Shown here piece after piece: positions 28,421 to 37,091 of a stretch of DNA of 64,000 nucleotides. Numbering within the stretch: the stretch's first letter is position 1; every line of letters starts with the position of its first letter. This DNA is from Candidatus Dormiibacterota bacterium. GTDB lineage: Bacteria; Chloroflexota; Dormibacteria; Aeolococcales; Aeolococcaceae. The stretch spans positions 335,419 through 399,418 of the forward strand of contig CAWKKS010000001.1 of NCBI GenBank assembly GCA_963850385.1, in the 5' to 3' direction. The notes under the pieces were generated by a model. It saw nothing but the letters and a program-made list of their open reading frames with translations. It was not told the origin of the DNA and did no database searches. The translations under genes were made by a program, and so were the position numbers.

Positions 28421-28690
28421 TCAGCCCGCCCGGGCCGCGTTCACGGCTGCGCCGGTGCGCCAGTCGAGCAGGTCCTGGTGACGAAGGTACCCGGCGGCGA
28501 TCATCAGGTCGATGTACGACACCCCGAGGTGGGGGGCGGCGCGGCGCAGCACCCACGGCGGGGGGTTCTCCTTGTTCTTGTTGACCGCCTGGTAGAAGTA
28601 GATCTGGTTGAGGTCACAGAGAAGGGCGAGCCGGTGCAGTGAGATGCCGCGCTCACGGCACCTGTCCTTCAGGTACTCCCGAAAATCCAT
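28421..28690 (-). CDS. XRE-type helix-turn-helix protein
   Basis: The 89-aa sequence MDFREYLKDRCRERGISLHRLALLCDLNQIYFYQAVNKNKENPPP fits an HTH_XRE layout. Local GC dip and atypical codons (AAC/AAG/TAC-rich). Confidence 0.65.
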   Translation of the reverse strand: MDFREYLKDRCRERGISLHRLALLCDLNQIYFYQAVNKNKENPPPWVLRRAAPHLGVSYIDLMIAAGYLRHQDLLDWRTGAAVNAARAG

Positions 28691-28778
28691 CTGCGCATTG
28701 CCCCGACGCGTGCATGACTCGCGCCTGGCCGGGCGCTCGCCGAGTATAGACCCGCTTGGTTTTCTGTCCCGGCTTTCG

Positions 28779-29570
28779 TCACATTGATGTGCCACCGGCG
28801 ACGACGAGCGCGGGCAGCTCGCTGAGGGAGCCGATCACCGCGTCCGGTGGCGTCGCGAGGGGCTGCTGCTGCGCGTTGCGGTCGCGGTCGATGAGCACGG
28901 TGCGCATGCCGGATGCTGCCGCGCCCGCGATGTCCTCGCGGACCCGGTCGCCCACGAACACCGTCTCCTCGGCACGCGCTCCGAGCGCGCGCAGCGCCGA
29001 GACGAACAAGCGAGACGACGGCTTGCGCCAGCCCGTCTCTGCCGAGAAGACGGCGCCGTCCAGGAACGAGTCGAGCCCCAGGTGCGCCAGCTGGGCGTGC
29101 ATGCTGGCGGGGCGGTAGGGCGCGTTGGAGCACAGCCCCGTGCGCAGGCCTGCCTCGCGCAGCACGCGCAGTGTGGGGATGCTGTCGGCGTACAGGTGGA
29201 CGCCTCGCCACCACGCCTCCTGCACCAGCACGCTGCAGGCGTCGAGGAGTTGGTCGTCGAGGGCGAGGCCGATGTCCGCGAAGGCACGTCGCTCCAGCTC
29301 GGCAACGTCGAGCTCCTCCAGCGCGCCGAGGGACTCGTGGGCTGCGACCGCGGCCTCGACGCGGTCGTGCACGGCGGCGCGCAGGACGCCGGGGAGAGGC
29401 GTCGGGTGTCCAGCCCCGGCCAGCTTGGCGGCGATGGCCCGCTCGGCCGCCGCCAGTGCCTCGACGGGTCGCTCGAAGCGAACCAGGGTCAGGCCGTAAT
29501 CGAAGAGAAGCGCGGTGACGGGGCCGCCGGCCAGCAGCGACCGTCCCGCGTCCTGTGGCAGCCCGGTCAC
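28779..29570 (-). CDS. HAD-superfamily hydrolase (subfamily IA)
   Basis: LLFDYGLTLV (DxG variant of motif I), GLCSNAP and VFVGDRVREDIAGAAASGM. GTGA overlap with the upstream gene. Confidence 0.75.
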   Translation of the reverse strand: MTGLPQDAGRSLLAGGPVTALLFDYGLTLVRFERPVEALAAAERAIAAKLAGAGHPTPLPGVLRAAVHDRVEAAVAAHESLGALEELDVAELERRAFADIGLALDDQLLDACSVLVQEAWWRGVHLYADSIPTLRVLREAGLRTGLCSNAPYRPASMHAQLAHLGLDSFLDGAVFSAETGWRKPSSRLFVSALRALGARAEETVFVGDRVREDIAGAAASGMRTVLIDRDRNAQQQPLATPPDAVIGSLSELPALVVAGGTSM

Positions 29571-30202
29571 GCGACCGGCGGGCGCTCCCCGCCGCGGCCG
29601 CGCCGTCCGCGCCGGCGGCGGCCGGTGCCGGGCGGCCGGGGTTGAGCATCATTGCCGGGGTTCCCCGCTGGAGCCGCCCCGCTCGGCCGCTGACCGGTGG
29701 CGGCGGAGTCGCCCGAACGGCCGCCGCGGCCACGGCGCCGGCGCTTCCCGCCCGCAGGCCTCCCCGAGGGGGGGCCACCGGCCGCGCCTTCCGCCGGGTT
29801 GGCGCTCTGGACAGCTTGGGCCGGGCCGCCCGCGCCGCGCCGCCGCCGCCGCCGCCGGCCGGGCGCCTGGCCGCCCTCAGCGCCGCGGTCGGTCCGGGGC
29901 TCACCCGGGCGACCGAAGCGGTCGAAGAAGGCGAGCGCGGGGTGCCGACTTCGCGGCCGCGTCGCCCTGGCGTCGGGGTCGGCGGTGACGCGCGCCTCGA
30001 GCTCGACCAGCAGATCCTCGAGCGGGCGCTTGTTGCGACCCACCGGTGCGGCGGTCTCGGCCCAGGGCTGCAGCTTGGTGGCGCCCGCCTCGGGGACGCT
30101 GGTGTCGATCGAGCCCGGCACCTGGTCGAGCACACTCTCGATGGCGCGCGCCACCATGCGGTCGGCTGGATCCTCAGGCACGGGCAGGGTCCAGGATGAC
30201 AC
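29567..30202 (-). CDS. hypothetical protein with a folded N-terminal ~95 aa and an Arg/Gly-rich disordered tail
   Basis: Frame chosen from the GTGA coupling to the HAD gene and a sensible N-terminal sequence (ARAIESVLDQVPGSIDTSVPEAG...). The ATG at 30157 is an alternative start. No family recognised. Confidence 0.45.
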   Translation of the reverse strand: MSSWTLPVPEDPADRMVARAIESVLDQVPGSIDTSVPEAGATKLQPWAETAAPVGRNKRPLEDLLVELEARVTADPDARATRPRSRHPALAFFDRFGRPGEPRTDRGAEGGQAPGRRRRRRRGAGGPAQAVQSANPAEGAAGGPPSGRPAGGKRRRRGRGGRSGDSAATGQRPSGAAPAGNPGNDAQPRPPGTGRRRRGRRGRGGERPPVA

Positions 30203-30731
30203 CGGCGAGGGCCAGGCCCGCGAGCGTCTTCAGGTCGACATCCCCGTCGCGAGCCAGGACAGCCAGCTGGGATGCATCGAACAGCCCGACGTCGAGGAGC
30301 TCGTCCGCGTCGGGGGAGCTGGTGCCGGCCGTCAGCCCTCGCGCCAAGAAGAACCAGATCTCCTCGCTCGAGTAGCCCGGGCTCACCGGCCCGTGACCCA
30401 GCTCGAGCCAGTCGGTGGCCGCGTAGCCGGTCTCCTCGGTGAGCTCGCGCCGGGCGGTGGCGGCGGGCTCCTCGCCGGGTTCCCTGGTTCCTGCGGGCAG
30501 CTCCCAGAGTGCCCTGCCGACGGCGTGGCGCCACTGCCGGACGAGCACGACGCGGTCGTCCTCCGCGGTGGCCACGACCGTCACCGCCCCGATGTGCTCG
30601 ACCAGCTCGCGGCGCGCCTCCCGCCCGCTGGGCAGGCGCACGGTGTCCTCGAACGCATGCAGCAGCCTGCCCTCGTAGACGGCACGGCGACGCAGCGGCT
30701 CCTCGCGGAGGTGACGATCGTCAGCGCTCAC
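30174..30731 (-). CDS. NUDIX hydrolase (ADP-ribose pyrophosphatase-like)
   Basis: Nudix box LPAGTREPGEEPAATARRELTEETGY. Confidence 0.85.
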   Translation of the reverse strand: MSADDRHLREEPLRRRAVYEGRLLHAFEDTVRLPSGREARRELVEHIGAVTVVATAEDDRVVLVRQWRHAVGRALWELPAGTREPGEEPAATARRELTEETGYAATDWLELGHGPVSPGYSSEEIWFFLARGLTAGTSSPDADELLDVGLFDASQLAVLARDGDVDLKTLAGLALAGVILDPARA

Positions 30732-30793
30732 GGGGCGGATTGTTCCGCATCCGCGCTTCGGCGCGGCGCGCGTCTCCCGCCGTCATGCGGCGA

Positions 30794-31348
30794 TCAGGCG
30801 CAACTCCATTGATGGGCCTGCCCGTGGGCGAGCATCTTGGCCGTGATGTTCGCCTGGTCGGCGGCGTCGTAGATGTTGGTGCCGCCGTTGTGGGTGAAGG
30901 TGGACATCAGGAACTGGAAGAGGCCGATGTAGGGCCCGCTGGGGTTGTACGCAGTGGTGCGCAGCCCCGATTCGCATCGTGCGATGCTGACCATCCAGGC
31001 GCCGGAGACACCCCACCGGGCTGCGGCGGCCTCGATGATGCCGATCACGCTGTTGGGGTTCGCCGGGGGGCCGGCATAGGCCGGCGCGAAGGCGACGCGC
31101 GAGGCTCGCCGGGGCGCCGACGTGGCCGGCGCTGCCTTCGGGGCTGAGCTCGGTGCTGGGGTGGCCGCGGTGACGGCATCGACCAGGTCGGGCTTGGCGA
31201 CGGTGAACGCAGTCACGTAGACGTGGTCGTGGCTGGGATGGCTCGCCACCGGCGAGGCCGCCGAGACCACGGTCAGAGCGACGATCGGGCTGAGGACGAG
31301 GGTGGCCATGCCCAGGACCACCCCTCGGGAACGCTTGGGCAACCGCAA
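30794..31348 (-). CDS. secreted lytic transglycosylase-like cell-wall hydrolase
   Basis: TTG start 6 nt after AGGAGA gives the signal peptide (M)RLPKRSRGVVLGMATLVLSPIVALTVVSAASPVA. C-terminal SIARCESGLRTTAYNPSGPYIGLFQF has the catalytic E-S and GLFQ motifs. Confidence 0.7.
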   Translation of the reverse strand: MRLPKRSRGVVLGMATLVLSPIVALTVVSAASPVASHPSHDHVYVTAFTVAKPDLVDAVTAATPAPSSAPKAAPATSAPRRASRVAFAPAYAGPPANPNSVIGIIEAAAARWGVSGAWMVSIARCESGLRTTAYNPSGPYIGLFQFLMSTFTHNGGTNIYDAADQANITAKMLAHGQAHQWSCA

Positions 31349-31601
31349 ATAAGCTCTCCTGTAGATTCGGTCGACGCCCCCTTCCTGGCGGGTCAACCGC
31401 CGGGACCGTCGGGTCTGGTCCACCGCGGTTCGGGCGGTGGGTCGCTGCGTCCGGGACGTGCGGTCCGACGAACGAACGGGAACCGTGAACACCCGCGGCC
31501 CCCCGGCGACCGAGGCACCCTACCACACGGTACCCCGCCGGTCGCAAGCGGGATCGTGGGGCCGCGACCTCGCGGGGCCCCGCCGCGACTTTGGTGGCGG
31601 C
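31349..31601 (-). promoter_or_regulatory. long structured 5' leader, candidate ydaO/c-di-AMP-type riboswitch
   Basis: 253-nt GC-rich untranslated gap upstream of a cell-wall hydrolase. The minus strand contains GCCGGGGGGCCGCGGGTGTTCAC and CCGCCCGAACCGCGG, which resemble conserved ydaO blocks. Not verified by a covariance model. Confidence 0.25.
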
Positions 31602-32305
31602 CTAGTTCGAGGTGGTCGCCCCCACCTGGCATGCGGCGGGCGGTGAGTCCACGATGACCGGCACATGGAGGCTCAGCGAGCCCCCGGGCTGAGGCCAGAG
31701 CAGCTGGCGCGAGCCGCCGCCGATGATCCTGCCGGTGACGGTCGTGCATGAGGCGAAGATGTCGACCTGTTCGTTGGCCAGGAGTCCCGGGCTGCCCACT
31801 GTGATGGCGACGTCCCACTGTCCGTGGCCCGTGCATCCCCTCGTGCACGTGAAGCCGCCGCCCGTGGTCGTGAGCGGGGCGCCGGGCAGGTCCGCCCACG
31901 CCCCCGGGCTGACGGTGACCGCCACCAAGTCCGCCGTGTAGCAGGGGAAATCGGTGCACTGGTAGGAGGTCACCACCAGCGTCTGCCCCGGGTACAGGGT
32001 CAGCTGGGGGACTCCAGCGCGGTGAGGGGCTTGGCGCCCTTCATCAGCGTGAAGTGCACCACGACCCCGCTGACCCCGGTCCGCGTGGCCGCGTTGTGGA
32101 TCACCGCGACCGGCACCGCCACCAGCTGCCAGCTACCGACCCCGGTCGAGAGGACGTCGATCCGCTGGACGTCGGGGCCGGGGCTGGCCGTGGGCGGAAC
32201 GCTCACCGTGGGGCGGGCGCTCGGCGTCGGCGTCGGCGCCGCCGGTGTGCTGCCGCACCCGACCAGCACGAGGACCGCGACGGCGGACAGTCGGGCACGG
32301 GGCAT
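31602..32305 (-). pseudogene. lipoprotein of unknown function, interrupted by a 1-nt frame break at a C5 run (32006-32010)
   Basis: Lipobox LVLVGC after MPRARLSAVAV. The upstream frame stops at 32000-32002 and the downstream frame reads QLTLYPGQTLVVTSYQC... straight across the run. 704 nt equals 235 codons minus 1 nt. Confidence 0.6.
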
Positions 32306-32393
32306 CCGCACATGGTATGGCCGGGACTCCCCGTGCCCGACCCGGGCACGCACAGGTGACAGAATCGTGGCTCACCTCAAACAGGGAGCACCG

Positions 32394-33536
32394 ATGCCAT
32401 TCACCGCGGAGCACGATGCGCTGCGCGAGACCATCCGCGACTTCGTGACGCGCGAGCTGCGCCCGCACGCCGACGAGTGGGAGGCGGCGGAGTACTTCGC
32501 CGACACGGTCTTCCCGCGCATGGGTGAGCTCGGCCTGCTCGGGCTGCGCTACCCGGAGGACTACGGGGGCCAGGGAGGGGACTACTGGAGCGCGATCGTG
32601 CTCGCCGAGGAGATGGCACGCTGCGGCTCGGGTGGGGTGGGCATGGCGGTGTCCGTCCAGGCCGAGATGGCCACCCCACCGATCTTCAAGTTCGGCACCG
32701 AGGAGCAGAAGCAGCGCTACCTGGTCCCGGCCATCCGAGGCGACAAGGTCGCCGCCCTGGGGATCACCGAGCCCGACACAGGGAGCGACGTGGCCTCCGT
32801 CCGCACCCGCGCGGTGCGCCACGACGGTGGCTGGCGCATCAACGGAGCCAAGCTCTACATCACCAATGGGGTGCGCTGCGACTTCATCGTCCTGGTGGCC
32901 CGGACCGGCACGGCGGAGGAGGGCGCCCACGGGATCACCCTTTTCCTAGTCGACAAGGACACGCCCGGCTTCAGGGTCAGCCGCAAGCTGAAGAAGCTCG
33001 GCATGCACGCCAGCGACACCGCCGAGCTGTCCTTCACTGACGTCGACGTCCCCGAGGACGCCGTCCTCGGTGAGGTGGGACAGGGCTTCTACCACCTCAT
33101 GTGGGAGCTGCAGGGCGAGCGGCTCATCGGCGCCGCAGGCACCGTCGCCGGGGCCGAGGTGATGTTCGAGGAGACCCTGCGCTGGTGCAAGGAGCGCGAG
33201 GCGTTCGGCCGCCCCATCGCCAGGTTCCAGGTCAACCGCCACAAGCTCGCCGACCTCTACACCGACATCTCCATCGCCAAGACCTACGTCTACTCGGTCG
33301 CCGCGCGCTGGAACGCCGGCGAGTACCCGGTCGCCGAGATCTCCATGGCCAAGCTGTTCGTCGGCCAGGTCACCTCACGTGTGGCGGACACCTGCCTGCA
33401 GCTTCACGGCGGCTTCGGCTACATGGCCGAGGCGCACGTCTCGCGCTATTTCCGCGACTCGCGGCTGATCCGGATCGGCGCCGGCACTGACGAGGTGATG
33501 AAGGAGATCATCGCCAAGACCGCGCTGGGGCTCTGA
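32394..33536 (+). CDS. acyl-CoA dehydrogenase
   Basis: ATG after AGGGAG. Motifs ITEPDTGSDVAS, YITNG and QLHGGFGYMAE..R..RLIRIGAGTDEVM. Confidence 0.9.
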   Translation: MPFTAEHDALRETIRDFVTRELRPHADEWEAAEYFADTVFPRMGELGLLGLRYPEDYGGQGGDYWSAIVLAEEMARCGSGGVGMAVSVQAEMATPPIFKFGTEEQKQRYLVPAIRGDKVAALGITEPDTGSDVASVRTRAVRHDGGWRINGAKLYITNGVRCDFIVLVARTGTAEEGAHGITLFLVDKDTPGFRVSRKLKKLGMHASDTAELSFTDVDVPEDAVLGEVGQGFYHLMWELQGERLIGAAGTVAGAEVMFEETLRWCKEREAFGRPIARFQVNRHKLADLYTDISIAKTYVYSVAARWNAGEYPVAEISMAKLFVGQVTSRVADTCLQLHGGFGYMAEAHVSRYFRDSRLIRIGAGTDEVMKEIIAKTALGL

Positions 33537-33634
33537 GCCCGATGAGGCCGCGCCGGCGAACCTGACGCCCACCGCCCGTCCCGGCCAGGATCGGCGTCGG
33601 GATCCACCTACAATCCCGGCGTTGCGTTGGCCTC

Positions 33635-34405
33635 TTGGGGGTGCACATCGTGGACGAGAAGATCATCGGCACGACGATGCCGGTCCTCGAGCTGACGCTC
33701 AACCCCGGCGAGGCGATCTTCGCTGAGTCCGGCGAGCTGTCGTGGATGACCGCCAGCATCCAGATGACCACGTCGACGCAGTACGGCGGGGGTGGTGGCA
33801 TCGGCGGAGTCTTCAAGCGCGCCGTCGGCGGCGGCTCGCTGTTCATGACCGAGTACGCGGCCCAGGGCGCGCCGGGGATGGTGGCGTTCGCGGCCAAGCT
33901 CCCCGGGCAGATCTTCCCGCTTGACGTCCGCCCGGAACCGGGCATGCAGTTCCTCGGCCACCGCCATGCTTTCGTGGCGGGCACACATGGTGTGCAGGTC
34001 TCAGTCGGCTTCCAGCAGCGCCTCGGCGCCGGTGCCTTCGGAGGCGACGGGTTCCGCCTCCAGAAGATCGGCGGCCAGGGTCGCGTCTGGTGCGAGCTCA
34101 GTGGGGAGATCGTCACCTACGACCTGCGACCGGGCGAGGAGCTGAAGGTTCATCCCGGGCACGTCGGTCTGTTCCAGGACACCGTGCAGTTCAACATCAC
34201 CACCGTCAAGGGGATCAAGAACAAGATCTTCGGCGGGGACGGCATCTTCCTGGCCCAGCTGATCGGGCCGGGCCGGGTGTGGCTGCAGTCCCTCCCGCTG
34301 GCGCGGCTGGCCCACGCGCTCGGCGAGTACACGGTGGTGCAGGGCGCGGAGGCCGGTGCCGCCGGGGGCGTGGTGGGCGGTCTGCTCAGGAACATCGGCG
34401 GCTGA
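33635..34405 (+). CDS. TIGR00266/AIM24 (DUF124) family protein
   Basis: LELTLNPGEAIFAESGELSWM...GGIGGVFKRAVGGGSLFMTEY...GDGIFLAQLIGPGRVWLQSLP is typical of this family. Confidence 0.7.
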   Translation: MGVHIVDEKIIGTTMPVLELTLNPGEAIFAESGELSWMTASIQMTTSTQYGGGGGIGGVFKRAVGGGSLFMTEYAAQGAPGMVAFAAKLPGQIFPLDVRPEPGMQFLGHRHAFVAGTHGVQVSVGFQQRLGAGAFGGDGFRLQKIGGQGRVWCELSGEIVTYDLRPGEELKVHPGHVGLFQDTVQFNITTVKGIKNKIFGGDGIFLAQLIGPGRVWLQSLPLARLAHALGEYTVVQGAEAGAAGGVVGGLLRNIGG

Positions 34406-34416
34406 ACCCGGCGCGG

Positions 34417-34879
34417 TCAGTCGGTGGCGATCGCCGGGGCCAGCAGTGCCACCGAGTGCGCTCGGAGGAGACTGTCCACCTCCGCAAGCCAGGCGCGCCG
34501 CTCGAGGGCGCGCTGGTGCAACTCCTGGATGTACTCGTAGGTGGTCGCCCCGCGCGGCAGAGGGTCGAATGGGGGTGACGGCGGCATCTCAGACGCCGGG
34601 ACCAGGCCACGCTCGGCCAGCTCCTCGCATGTGAGCACGGCAGCCGCGACCAGGTCGTTGACGGCGTCGGCGTGGTCCATCTTGGCGTTGAGCACGGCGA
34701 TGCTGTCACGGCCGTCGGGGCCGGGCGGACGGCGCCGGCTGATCGAACTCGACATAGTCGCCGAGCCCTTCGAGCTGTTCCATCCCCGGCTGGAAGGCAT
34801 CGACGAGCACGCGGTGTCCCTGGGCGCCGACGCTGAATGATTCCTGCTGCTGCTCTGACCGGCGGCGGAACCACGGCAC
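34417..34879 (-). pseudogene. hypothetical protein, apparently split by a 1-nt frame break near 34717-34720
   Basis: A high-GC3 frame from GTG 34879 (VPWFRRRSEQQQESFSVGAQGHRVLVDAFQPGMEQLEGLGDYVEFDQP...) stops at 34706. The adjacent frame continues with RDSIAVLNAKMDHADAVNDLVAAAVLTCEELAERG.... No family recognised. Confidence 0.35.
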
Positions 34880-34890
34880 GGTGGTTCGCC

Positions 34891-35457
34891 CTACGCGGCG
34901 GCCGGCGCGGGAAACTCGCTGCGCACGAAGAGGGAGTGAACCCGCAGCCCGCGCGCCTCGATGTTCTCGCGACCGCCCTCTTCGCGGTCGACCACGGCCA
35001 GGGCCTCCACCACCTCGACGGGCTGGTCCCGCAGGGCGTCGGCGGCCTTGAGGAGCGAACCTCCGGTGGTGATCACGTCGTCGACCAGCATGACCCTGTC
35101 GCCATCGCGAAAAGCGGGACCCTCGATCAACCGGCCGGTGCCGTGCTCCTTGGCCTCCTTGCGCACGATGAAAGCGCGTAGCGGCTCGCCCCGGCCCGAC
35201 AGCGCCGCCACACCCGCGGCGATCGGGTCGGCACCGAGGGTCAGGCCCCCGATGGCGGCGACGCCGAGCTGGCGGCAGCGCTGGAGGATCAGCAGGGACG
35301 CCAGGTAGAGCCCCCGCCCCTCGAGGGTCACCTGCTTGCCGTTGAAGTAGAAGTCGCTGCGCCGCCCGCTGGTGAGGATGAAGTCGCCGAACGTGAATGC
35401 CCGTGCGGCGAGCAGCGCGTGCAGCTCAGCCCGGGCCGCGTCGAGCTGGTCGTCCAT
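34891..35457 (-). CDS. pyrE: orotate phosphoribosyltransferase
   Basis: FTFGDFILTSGRRSDFYFN and VMLVDDVITTGGS (PRPP-binding motif). Confidence 0.9.
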   Translation of the reverse strand: MDDQLDAARAELHALLAARAFTFGDFILTSGRRSDFYFNGKQVTLEGRGLYLASLLILQRCRQLGVAAIGGLTLGADPIAAGVAALSGRGEPLRAFIVRKEAKEHGTGRLIEGPAFRDGDRVMLVDDVITTGGSLLKAADALRDQPVEVVEALAVVDREEGGRENIEARGLRVHSLFVRSEFPAPAAA

Positions 35458-35466
35458 CTCCCTCCC

Positions 35467-37089
35467 TCAGGCGGTGGGTGTCGCCAGCGTCGCGGCATCG
35501 CCGACGGGACCCACCGCACCGTCGGGGACGCGGCGCAGGGACTCGGTCCATCGCAACACCGGGTGCCGGGCGGCGCCAACCTCATCGACCCGATGGACGG
35601 GTGTGTTGTGCGGCGCGTTCTGCACAAACCCGAGGTCTGCCTGTGCTTCGGCGACGATGGCGGCGCAGACGTCGGCGAGCAGGTCGAGGCTCTGCCGCAA
35701 CTCCGTCTCGGTCGGTTCGAACATCAACGCCTCGGGAACGGTGGTGGGGAAGTACACGGTTGGCGCGTAGATGCCGTAGTCGAGCAGGCGCTTGGCAACG
35801 TCCATGGCACGCAGCCCGTCGACGCGCCCACCCTTGGTGGTGCAGACGAACTCGTGCATCGAGGGCGAGTCGACTGCCATCGGGAAGAGCGCGGCGAGCC
35901 GCGCCTGCAGGTAACGGGCGTTGAGCACCGCGTCCCGGGCGACACCATCGATGCCGTCCCCGTACGCGGAGATGTACGCGTACGCGCGCACCAGCATCCC
36001 GAAGTTGCCGTAGTAGGAGCGCACCTTGCCGATGCTCTGCGGGCGATCGTCCTCCAGCCGGAAGTGGTCGCCGTCGGCCTCGACGGTGGGGGCGGGAAGG
36101 AAGGGGATGAGCCGCTCCGCCACGCCCACAGGCCCGGCGCCGGGGCCGCCGCCGCCGTGCGGGGTGGAGAACGTCTTGTGCAGGTTGAGGTGGACCACGT
36201 CGAAGCCCATGTCCCCCGGGCGTGCCATCCCCACCAGCGCGTTGAGGTTGGCGCCGTCGTAGTAGAGCAGCGCCCCGGCGTCGTGGGCGAGTCGCGCGAT
36301 CTCGAGGATGTCCTTCTCGAAAACGCCGAGCGTGTTGGGGTTGGTCATCATCACCGCGGCGACATGATCATCGAGGTGGGCGGCGAAGTCGGCAACGTCG
36401 ACGGTGCCGTCGTGGTTGCTCTTCACGGTCACCACCTCGAGCCCGCATGCCGCTGCCGATGCCGGGTTGGTGCCATGCGCGCTGTCAGGGATCAGCACGC
36501 GGGTGCGGTGCGTGTCGCCGCGGTCGGCGTGGTAGGCCTGGATCATGCGCAGCCCGGTCCACTCGCCGTGGGCACCGGCTGCGGGCTGCAGCGACATCCT
36601 CGCCATCCCTGTGATCGACGCCAGCATCCTCTCCAGCCGCCACATCAACTCGAGGGCGCCCTGGACGTCGTGCTCGTCCTGGTAGGGATGCAGGTCGGCG
36701 AACCCCGTCAAACCGGCGAGCTGTTCGTCGACGACAGGGTTGTACTTCATGGTGCAGCTGCCCAGCGGATAGGTGCCGTGGTGGAGGTGGTGGTTGCGTC
36801 GCGCGAGGCGCCCGACGTGTCGCGCCAGGACGGGTTCGGGCACCGCGGGGACCGCGGCGGGCCGGCCGCGCAGGAAAGCCGCCGGCACGAGCTCGTCAAG
36901 AACGGGTGCGGGCACACCGACCGCCGTGACCCGTGGGCCGCCCGTGTAGTCCTGGCTCAGCTCGAACACCAGTGACTCCGCGCCGGCCCAGCCGGCCTCG
37001 ACCCCGCCCGCTTTTCCCGGCGCGACCAGGCCGTCCCCGTGCGGCGCCGGGTCGTGACCGTTGGCCGCGCTGACCGGCTGTGCGTCCAT
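35467..37089 (-). CDS. gcvPB: glycine dehydrogenase (decarboxylating) subunit 2
   Basis: YPLGSCTMKYNP and HLNLHKTFSTPHGGGGPGAGP (PLP lysine). The ATG at 37089 lies 2 nt after the gcvPA stop. Confidence 0.9.
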   Translation of the reverse strand: MDAQPVSAANGHDPAPHGDGLVAPGKAGGVEAGWAGAESLVFELSQDYTGGPRVTAVGVPAPVLDELVPAAFLRGRPAAVPAVPEPVLARHVGRLARRNHHLHHGTYPLGSCTMKYNPVVDEQLAGLTGFADLHPYQDEHDVQGALELMWRLERMLASITGMARMSLQPAAGAHGEWTGLRMIQAYHADRGDTHRTRVLIPDSAHGTNPASAAACGLEVVTVKSNHDGTVDVADFAAHLDDHVAAVMMTNPNTLGVFEKDILEIARLAHDAGALLYYDGANLNALVGMARPGDMGFDVVHLNLHKTFSTPHGGGGPGAGPVGVAERLIPFLPAPTVEADGDHFRLEDDRPQSIGKVRSYYGNFGMLVRAYAYISAYGDGIDGVARDAVLNARYLQARLAALFPMAVDSPSMHEFVCTTKGGRVDGLRAMDVAKRLLDYGIYAPTVYFPTTVPEALMFEPTETELRQSLDLLADVCAAIVAEAQADLGFVQNAPHNTPVHRVDEVGAARHPVLRWTESLRRVPDGAVGPVGDAATLATPTA

Positions 37090-37091
37090 GC

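Noticed and set aside
29570-29900. Repetitive CGG/GCC-rich stretch considered as a tandem repeat or array
   Set aside because: It has no fixed period and no spacer structure. It is explained by codon repetition in the Arg/Gly-rich tail of the 29567-30202 protein.
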